Source of the DNA: Bosea sp. (in: a-proteobacteria)
GTDB taxonomy: Bacteria; Pseudomonadota; Alphaproteobacteria; Rhizobiales; Beijerinckiaceae
Direction: 5' to 3'
Assembly (NCBI GenBank): GCA_033792295.1
Contig: JARYGW010000002.1
Location: 3,146 to 67,145 of the forward strand
Length of the DNA: 64,000 bases
How positions within the stretch are numbered: the stretch's first letter is position 1; every line of letters begins with the position of its first letter. A model generated the notes under the pieces. It was given only the letters and a program-made list of their open reading frames with translations. It ran no database searches and was not told where the DNA came from. Made by a program: the position numbers and the translations under genes. Shown here in pieces: positions 57,401 to 64,000 of this stretch.

Positions 57401-57937
57401 TCAGGCCGCAGAGGCTGGCGAAGGCCCGACATCTGTGGTCTGCCCGATAGCATCGAGCTGTTTCTTCAGAGCGAGAGTGTCGAGCGAGCGGAACGGCAGC
57501 GCGATGAAGATCGAGATCCGGTTGTTGAGCATCCGATAGGCGTCCGCGAACGCCAGCGCGATCTCCGCTCCAGAGCCCGTCGCTTTGGCTGGATCCGGGA
57601 TTCCCCAATGGGCGGTCATCGGCTGACCGGGCCAAACCGGACATTCTTCGCTTGCCGCATCGTCACAGACCGTGAAGACGAAATCGAGATGAGGCGCGCC
57701 GGGCTTGGCGAATTCACTCCAACTCTTAGATCTCAGATTGCTGAGGTCGTAATTCAGCCCCCTCAAGAGCGTGATGGTCTCGGGTCGAATTTCGCCCTTC
57801 GGATGACTGCCGGCGGAGAACGCCTTGAAACGGCCCATTCCGAGGCGATTCAAGATGCACTCGGCCATAATGGAGCGCGCCGAATTGCCCGTGCACAGAA
57901 ACAGGACGTTGAAGAGTCTCTTTTCATCTTCGCTCAT
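57401..57937 (-). CDS. arsC: Arsenate reductase, thioredoxin/LMW-PTPase type
   Basis: LFLCTGNSARS, FTVCD, ECPVWPGQP, HWGIPDP. Confidence 0.93.
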   Translation of the reverse strand: MSEDEKRLFNVLFLCTGNSARSIMAECILNRLGMGRFKAFSAGSHPKGEIRPETITLLRGLNYDLSNLRSKSWSEFAKPGAPHLDFVFTVCDDAASEECPVWPGQPMTAHWGIPDPAKATGSGAEIALAFADAYRMLNNRISIFIALPFRSLDTLALKKQLDAIGQTTDVGPSPASAA

Positions 57938-58021
57938 GACAGCCTCTCCTTGGTCGTGTCGACTGCGCTGGCAGTCGTGAAAATGTGACTCGCGCGGTAG
58001 CCGCCGCACGCGTTAGCGCCG

Positions 58022-58987
58022 TTATGCCGCCTCATCCGCAGCCGCCTCGCTTAGGCTCCTCATCATCAGGAACCGTTCCGCGTCGAGAGCTGCCATGCAT
58101 CCCATGCCGGCCGCAGTAACTGCTTGGCGATAGACGCCGTCAGCGACATCGCCGGCCGCGAACACACCGGGAATGTTCGTCGTCACCGCTCCAGGTAAGA
58201 CTTTGATGTAACCGGAGGCTGTAAGGTCGAGCTTGCCGCGAAAGAGCGCGGTCGCCGGGTCATGGCCGATGGCCACGAAGACGCCGTCGGCTGAAATCTC
58301 GGAGATTTGCCCTGTCTCCACATCAACCAGCCTCAAGCCGGCAACCGACGGCGGCGCATCCGACCCGACAATTTCCGCGACTGTGGCGTTCCACACGACA
58401 TTCACATGGGGATGAGCGAACAATCTATCTTGCAGAATCCGTTCGGCTCGAAAGCTGTCGCGGCGATGAATCACCGTGACCTTGGCCGCGAGGTTAGCGA
58501 GGTAAAGGGCCTCTTCCACGGCCGTATTGCCGCCGCCAATCACGGCGACATGCTTGCCGCGAAAAAAGAATCCGTCGCAGGTCGCACAGGCGGAAACGCC
58601 GAAACCTTTCAGGCGCTCTTCACCAGGAACGTGAAGCCAGCGAGCCTGTGCCCCGGTTGCGATAATCAGCGCGTCACCCGTGTAGGTCGTGCCAGAATCG
58701 CCGATGAGCGTGAAAAGTGGGCCACCGAGATCCACGTCGATGATGTGATCGGTGGCGATGCGCGTTCCCATCCGCTCGGCTTGCAGGCGCATCTGCTCCA
58801 TGAGCCAGGGCCCCTGCACCGGCTCGGCAAAGCCAGGATAATTCTCCACTTCAGTCGTGATTGTGAGTTGGCCGCCTGGCTGGATGCCCTGAACGACGAT
58901 TGGCGTCAGCCCGGCGCGCGCCGCGTAGATCGCCGCGGTCCAGCCAGCGGGGCCAGACCCCAGAATGATGAGAGGAGCGGACGGCAT
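58022..58987 (-). CDS. trxB: Thioredoxin-disulfide reductase
   Basis: [40 protein letters not shown]. Confidence 0.95.
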   Translation of the reverse strand: MPSAPLIILGSGPAGWTAAIYAARAGLTPIVVQGIQPGGQLTITTEVENYPGFAEPVQGPWLMEQMRLQAERMGTRIATDHIIDVDLGGPLFTLIGDSGTTYTGDALIIATGAQARWLHVPGEERLKGFGVSACATCDGFFFRGKHVAVIGGGNTAVEEALYLANLAAKVTVIHRRDSFRAERILQDRLFAHPHVNVVWNATVAEIVGSDAPPSVAGLRLVDVETGQISEISADGVFVAIGHDPATALFRGKLDLTASGYIKVLPGAVTTNIPGVFAAGDVADGVYRQAVTAAGMGCMAALDAERFLMMRSLSEAAADEAA

Positions 58988-59124
58988 TTTTAGGAACCCG
59001 GCTGGCCTACAGACGATCAAGCCATAAACTGATTCCGGCTATATGTCGAGAGGTATCGACTAATCGACGCAAATAGGAACGCGGGCATGGCGCAAGCCAG
59101 GGAGGTCGAGAGGGTAGTCAGGGA

Positions 59125-60033
59125 TCAGGCGGCTTCTTGGCCGGAAACGGTCAGAGCGGTCGCGCCCTCCATCCGCCCGATGTCGGCAAGCCGATCCTTA
59201 AGGCTGGCAAGATCAAGCGAACGGATCGGCAGATTGACCAGGGCAGTAAGGCGCGCGGTCAGCCGACGATAGGTTTCCAGGAATGCTGTTTGCTGTTCGG
59301 TTTTGGTGCCGGCGACCAAAGCCGGATCGGGAATTCCCCAATGGGCCTGGAGAGGGTGGCCGGGCCAATAGGGACAGGCCTCGCCGGCGGCGGCATCACA
59401 GACGGTGATGATGAAGTCCATGGTGGTCGCATCGGCCCCGGCGAACTCGTCCCAGCTCTTGGATCGCAGACCTTCGGTCTCGTAGCCCAGTGAAGCAAGC
59501 AGCGAGATTGCAAGCGGGTGCGGTTGTTCCTGGGGCCGACTACCGGCCGAATAGGCCCGGAAAAGCCCCGCTCCTTGGCGATTTAGTACCGCTTCGGCCA
59601 TGATTGACCGGGCTGAGTTGCCTGAGCAGAGAATCAACACATTGTAGCTCTTCGAAACGCCTTCGGCCGGTCGGCGCTGCGCAAATATGGGTTCGACGAT
59701 ATCGGTTGCTCCCGCGTCGGGGTGACCTGCTGGCGCCGTGCCGCGCATTTCGCTCAGCATCACGTCGAACAGAGTGCCGAGCTTTGCGGGCTTGGCAGCA
59801 TAGATGATCGAGCGGCCCTCCCGGCGGCTGGTGATCAATCCAGCGCGCTCCAATTGCCCGAGATGAGTCGACATCGTGTTGTGGGGGACCGCGAGAAGAC
59901 GGGCAATATCACCAGCGGCCACCCCGTAGGGCAGATATCGCGCCAGCAATCGGTAGGCCTCAAACCGCGTGGGCTGCGCGAGGCTGGCAAACATCTCTAC
60001 GGCGTCATTGGAGGTGAACTTATGGGGGCTCAT
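59125..60033 (-). CDS. ArsR-ArsC fusion protein
   Basis: N-terminal ArsR wHTH (LAQPTR, NTMSTHL, RREGRSIIY) plus C-terminal LCSGNSARS LMW-PTPase domain. Confidence 0.88.
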   Translation of the reverse strand: MSPHKFTSNDAVEMFASLAQPTRFEAYRLLARYLPYGVAAGDIARLLAVPHNTMSTHLGQLERAGLITSRREGRSIIYAAKPAKLGTLFDVMLSEMRGTAPAGHPDAGATDIVEPIFAQRRPAEGVSKSYNVLILCSGNSARSIMAEAVLNRQGAGLFRAYSAGSRPQEQPHPLAISLLASLGYETEGLRSKSWDEFAGADATTMDFIITVCDAAAGEACPYWPGHPLQAHWGIPDPALVAGTKTEQQTAFLETYRRLTARLTALVNLPIRSLDLASLKDRLADIGRMEGATALTVSGQEAA

Positions 60034-60170
60034 GGCGGCCAATGAGAGAAATCCAGGGCATACGTCGAATCTAGATCCTTTCTGTCCAAAATAGTCGACG
60101 TCTCGACTTAAGCAAATATTTCCTAGCCCCAGGGCGGCAGGGGGTTGAGGCGTGGCCGCGCAGGCTCTAT

Positions 60171-60186
60171 ATCGTCAATCGACGAT
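60171..60186. promoter_or_regulatory. Putative ArsR operator palindrome
   Basis: ATCGTC-AATC-GACGAT just upstream of arsR-acr3. Confidence 0.55.
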
Positions 60187-60208
60187 TAACGATTGACATA
60201 GGAATCCT

Positions 60209-60544
60209 GTGAACCAGGCTGTCACACACATTTCGGCGCCGCGGGCGCGCGAGGCCGATGAGCAGATAGCGGTCCTTGCCAAGGCATTGGCGCACCCAGC
60301 GAGGATCGGCATCGTCCGCATGCTTCTAGAACGTCAGACCTGCGTTGGCTGTGACGTGGTCGAGCATATCGGCCTGGCGCAATCGACAACCTCGCAGCAT
60401 CTCCAGATTTTGAAGGCCGCAGGGATCATCCTCGGTGAAATCGAGCGGCCACGCGTCTGTTACTCGCTGAACCCGCGAGCAGTGGACCTGCTGAAGACGT
60501 TGGTTGACGCGATATCCACCCACACAACCATTTCAAGCCGATAG
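60209..60544 (+). CDS. arsR: ArsR regulator (CxxC in helix 3)
   Basis: AKALAHPARI, TCVGCD, LAQSTTSQHL, PRVCY. Confidence 0.9.
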   Translation: MNQAVTHISAPRAREADEQIAVLAKALAHPARIGIVRMLLERQTCVGCDVVEHIGLAQSTTSQHLQILKAAGIILGEIERPRVCYSLNPRAVDLLKTLVDAISTHTTISSR

Positions 60545-60555
60545 GAGATTCTGAC

Positions 60556-61617
60556 GTGTCAACCTTCGAACGCTATCTGACCTTGTGGGTTGCCCTTTGC
60601 ATCGTCGTCGGAATTGCTTTCGGCCATCTATTTCCGGATGCGTTTCACGTCATCGGCGCAGCTGAAATCGCCAAGGTCAATTTGCCGGTGGCAGCGTTGA
60701 TCTGGCTGATGATCATCCCGATGCTCATCAAGATCGACTTTGCAGCGCTCGCGCAGGTGAAGAGCCACTGGCGCGGCATCGGTGTCACCCTCTTCATCAA
60801 CTGGGCGGTGAAGCCGTTTTCGATGGCGGCATTGGGCTGGTTCTTCGTTGGATATCTGTTCCGACCCTATCTTCCAGCGGATCAGATCAACAGTTACATC
60901 GCCGGCCTCATCATCCTGGCGGCTGCGCCATGCACCGCTATGGTGTTCGTGTGGAGCAATCTTTGCCGCGGCGAGCCGCATTTCACTTTGAGTCAAGTCG
61001 CCTTGAATGACGCGATCATGGTGGTGGCCTTCGCTCCCATCGTTGGCCTCCTGCTAGGACTCTCCGCAATTACCGTGCCTTGGGACACGCTGCTCATTTC
61101 CGTCGCGCTCTACATCCTTGTGCCTGTGGCGCTTGCGCAGATCCTTCGTCGCTGGATTCTCAACTCGGGGGGACAGGAGACACTCGAGCGCTTTCTAGCC
61201 GTCCTGCAACCGCTGTCACTCATTGCGCTCTTGGCCACTCTCGTCTTGCTGTTTGGCTTTCAAGGTGAACAGATCATCGCGCAGCCGCTCGTGATCTTGC
61301 TCCTTGCCGTGCCGATCCTGATCCAGGTCTATTTCAACTCTGGACTGGCTTATCTCCTGAACCGAGTCAGCGGAGAGGCTCATTGCGTTGCCGGTCCTTC
61401 GGCCTTGATCGGCGCGTCGAACTTCTTCGAGTTGGCAGTGGCGACGGCAATCGCCTTGTTCGGTTTTCAATCGGGTGCCGCCCTCGCGACAGTGGTCGGC
61501 GTTCTTATCGAAGTGCCGGTCATGCTCTCCGTGGTGCGAATCGTGAACGGCAGCAAGGATTGGTACGAACGTGGTCCCGTCAAGCGCAGCGGCGAAGCTC
61601 TTGGCACTCCGAAGTAA
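60556..61617 (+). CDS. acr3: Acr3 arsenite efflux permease
   Basis: FERYLTLWV, NWAVKPF, AAAPCTAMVFVW, ASNFFELAVA, GVLIEVPVML. Confidence 0.96.
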   Translation: MSTFERYLTLWVALCIVVGIAFGHLFPDAFHVIGAAEIAKVNLPVAALIWLMIIPMLIKIDFAALAQVKSHWRGIGVTLFINWAVKPFSMAALGWFFVGYLFRPYLPADQINSYIAGLIILAAAPCTAMVFVWSNLCRGEPHFTLSQVALNDAIMVVAFAPIVGLLLGLSAITVPWDTLLISVALYILVPVALAQILRRWILNSGGQETLERFLAVLQPLSLIALLATLVLLFGFQGEQIIAQPLVILLLAVPILIQVYFNSGLAYLLNRVSGEAHCVAGPSALIGASNFFELAVATAIALFGFQSGAALATVVGVLIEVPVMLSVVRIVNGSKDWYERGPVKRSGEALGTPK

Positions 61618-61658
61618 TGAAATTGGAGCCTGACGGCGTCAACGAGAGGCGCATAGTG

Positions 61659-61814
61659 ATGCGTATTCTCGTCGCGATATTTTGGGCTGCGGTCATCGGT
61701 TCTGCGATGACTGCACTCGCCCTCTTCGGCCTATCGTATCCCGCCCAAGAGAGCACGGCGATTGGAATTCTCGGCGGAATGGGCGCAGCGATCTATATTC
61801 TCTATTTTCTGTAG
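61659..61814 (+). CDS. Small two-TM membrane protein (51 aa)
   Basis: GAGAGG RBS; MRILVAIFWAAVIG...AIYILYFL. Confidence 0.55.
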   Translation: MRILVAIFWAAVIGSAMTALALFGLSYPAQESTAIGILGGMGAAIYILYFL

Positions 61815-62031
61815 TCGAGCCGGCAGCTGATCATCAGGATGCATCAGTTTTCTACCATTTCCCGTGTGCTGCAAATCGATCCGGCGCGTTCCTGTCTGTC
61901 CGCGATAGCTCGCGGGCTTGCATCGAACCTGTCGGTATACACAAGCGTGTCTCGCGGTCCGCCGGGGCTGTATGCTACCAAGTGCTACTTCACGGTTTAC
62001 CACAACCAACTGCGCGGTGTGGGAGGCTAGT

Positions 62032-62640
62032 TTGTTGTTGCGTTCTCATGCTGCGAACGCAGCTTTTCGCGGACTGGGCATAACCGGAGCCCTATTCCTA
62101 TCTCGAGTTGGTGAGGCGAGCGCTTACTCTCTCGACATCCAGGCCCCGCTCGCGATCGCACTCATAGCGACGCTCGTCTTTGCTGTTGCGCTCATGATGT
62201 TCACCGCAAACGCACCGACTCACGCGACAGGATCAGCGGCGATTGTCGCCGAGCTTGCTTATCTAGCTGTTGGCGGGTTGGGCGGCTTCCTCGGCCTGTG
62301 GGCAGTCCAAACACTAACGCGGGCATCGCCAGAACTATACTGCATGACCGACATTCCTTGGCGAGCAAGTACTGCGGGATTCGGTGGCTTTGCCCTCGGA
62401 CTGCTCGACGTCATGATCAACCGCCGCGGCCTCGCTTCGCTCCTGGGGCCAGCGGCATATCTGGGGCTTTTCTGGATCGCGCCATGGTACGGCTTCTTCC
62501 AACCAGCAGCCTTCCTGGCACAGGCGCTCGCCTATCGGTGTGAGCAACGCTCGTTGCCGGCGATGGCGATAGCATTCGTTGCAATGGTCTTAGCCCGGTT
62601 AATCGGCGCGCGGCTCGCTGACTGGCTCACCAGACGGTAG
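62032..62640 (+). CDS. Hypothetical polytopic membrane protein; start uncertain
   Basis: GGGAGG before TTG 62032; several hydrophobic segments. Confidence 0.55.
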   Translation: MLLRSHAANAAFRGLGITGALFLSRVGEASAYSLDIQAPLAIALIATLVFAVALMMFTANAPTHATGSAAIVAELAYLAVGGLGGFLGLWAVQTLTRASPELYCMTDIPWRASTAGFGGFALGLLDVMINRRGLASLLGPAAYLGLFWIAPWYGFFQPAAFLAQALAYRCEQRSLPAMAIAFVAMVLARLIGARLADWLTRR

Positions 62641-62770
62641 TGCGATCAGAAACGATGCGTTGTGCCACGACGCGCAATCTGTGGGTCTCGCCGGCTTTCC
62701 TGTGTTTCGCCGGGAGCCCGATCGCGCTAGTGTTTAGAATAATAACAAAAAGCATGATGGGAGAGGACTT

Positions 62771-63646
62771 ATGGGTGGCTCACAGGAGTTTGACCGACGC
62801 GGCTTGCTAGGAGGAGCGGGAGCGCTACTTTTTGCCGGCGCTTCATCCGCCAAGGACCTGGGACTTGGTCCCTCCATCCATTTCGGGCTGACACCGGTTT
62901 TTCTCACCAACGACCTGGAACTTCTCGGTCGGCTCGAAGGCTACCTCGAGCGCTTTACAGGATTCCCGGTGACGCTGGTGACGCGTCGTACCTATCAGGA
63001 AATCACCGCTCTCCTCACGTCTCGTCAACTGGATGCCGCCTGGATTTGCGGCTATCCCTTCGTTGCGCATCGAGAGGAGCTCCGGCTCGTGGCGGTTCCG
63101 CTCTGGAGGGGCAAGCCGCTCTACCAGTCGTACATCATCGTCGAGCAAGACCGAAAAGCGGAGAACTTCACCGACCTGCGCGACGACATTCACGCGTTCT
63201 CCGACCCCGATTCCAACTCCGGCTTTCTCGTCACTCGCACGTTAATGGCCGAGCAAGGGCTTCGACCGGAGAATTTCTTTTCGCGCTTCTTTTTCACTTA
63301 CGGCCACCGGAACGTAATCCGAGCAGTGGCAAGCGGGCTCGCGGGATCGGGTTCGGTCGACGGCTATGTGTATGACGTCGTGGCCGGGATCGAGCCGAAT
63401 CTGACAAAGGGAACCCGCATACTTCGTCGCTCTGAGCTGCTTGGCTTCCCACCAATCGCAGCACCTCGCTCGCCGATCGATGAGGGTCGTCTTTCCGCGC
63501 TCACAAGGGCCCTACTGACCATCAGCACCGATCCGGACGGCCGCGCCGTGCTTGATATGCTGCGACTCGATGGTTTCATGGCCGAGAGCCCGACGTTGTT
63601 TGATACTATCGCTGCAAAGGCCGCCCTCGTGGGACAGGCAGGGTGA
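62771..63646 (+). CDS. aioX: Periplasmic arsenite-binding protein AioX
   Basis: Tat-like DRRGLL; FGLTPVFL, AWICGYP (As-binding Cys), FSDPDSNSG; precedes a sensor kinase. Confidence 0.88.
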   Translation: MGGSQEFDRRGLLGGAGALLFAGASSAKDLGLGPSIHFGLTPVFLTNDLELLGRLEGYLERFTGFPVTLVTRRTYQEITALLTSRQLDAAWICGYPFVAHREELRLVAVPLWRGKPLYQSYIIVEQDRKAENFTDLRDDIHAFSDPDSNSGFLVTRTLMAEQGLRPENFFSRFFFTYGHRNVIRAVASGLAGSGSVDGYVYDVVAGIEPNLTKGTRILRRSELLGFPPIAAPRSPIDEGRLSALTRALLTISTDPDGRAVLDMLRLDGFMAESPTLFDTIAAKAALVGQAG

Positions 63647-63650
63647 CGCC

Positions 63651-64000
63651 ATGCTGAGCCGGCTCAATCCTCGATCCTGGCCGATCACGGTGAAAGTCCC
63701 GCTTGCTGTTGCCGTGCTTATGATTCTAGTCGCCCTTCTGCTCTCGGAACGGGTGTTGGCTGGGCTCACGGAGACGCAAGCGCGGCACTTGCGCGATCTC
63801 GCCCAAAGCTATCTGGACGGCCTTTCATCGGCTGTTGGACCATCGATTCTCCGCGAGGACACCTGGGAGGTGTTCGATGCCATCGAACGTGCACAGGAAC
63901 TCAATAAGAGCCTTCGTCCGTTGGAAACGATCGTCACGAACGCCGACGGCCAGGTGATTGCCGCCTCCAACCCGCGACGGCATCCGATCGGATCGCCACT
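63651..64000 (+). CDS. aioS: Sensor histidine kinase AioS, 5' part (runs off the window)
   Basis: Hand translation MLSRLNPRSWPITVKVPLAVAVLMILV..SERVL..YLDGLSS..REDTWEVFDAI; directly follows aioX. Confidence 0.8.
   Translation, partial: MLSRLNPRSWPITVKVPLAVAVLMILVALLLSERVLAGLTETQARHLRDLAQSYLDGLSSAVGPSILREDTWEVFDAIERAQELNKSLRPLETIVTNADGQVIAASNPRRHPIGSP

Overview
GC-rich DNA that looks alphaproteobacterial (Rhizobiales-like) and belongs to a conjugative element; plasmid versus ICE cannot be decided because no relaxase, integrase or rep gene lies in the window. (1) 1-18.1 kb, minus strand: a leading-region-type backbone with a PP-loop/PAPS-reductase-like gene (missed by the ORF track), ardC, a ParB-like gene, a 1.7-kaa DarB-like methylase/helicase, DUF1419, DUF4326, a toprim protein, small hypotheticals and an extra dnaB. 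About eight large stem-loops resembling single-stranded-DNA promoters punctuate it. (2) 18.3-23 kb, plus strand: SRAP, a RES toxin-antitoxin pair (toxin apparently starts at CTG), a WGR protein and an orphan LuxI synthase. (3) 23-27.5 kb: an operon of mostly exported proteins (two degenerate SNase-like proteins, short SSB, KikA-like, lysozyme-like) divergent from a complete virB1-11/virD4 T4SS (27.6-40.5 kb). (4) A XerCD dif-like 28-bp site at 40681-40708 marks the switch to cargo: an arsenic/phosphate island with eamA, arsR-arsV(amber stop)-arsK, arsRCH-arsO, pstSCAB-phoU-atypical phoB-phnDCEE, arsC x2, trxB, an arsR-arsC fusion, arsR-acr3, aioX and the start of aioS. All family calls rest on motif recognition; no database search was run.
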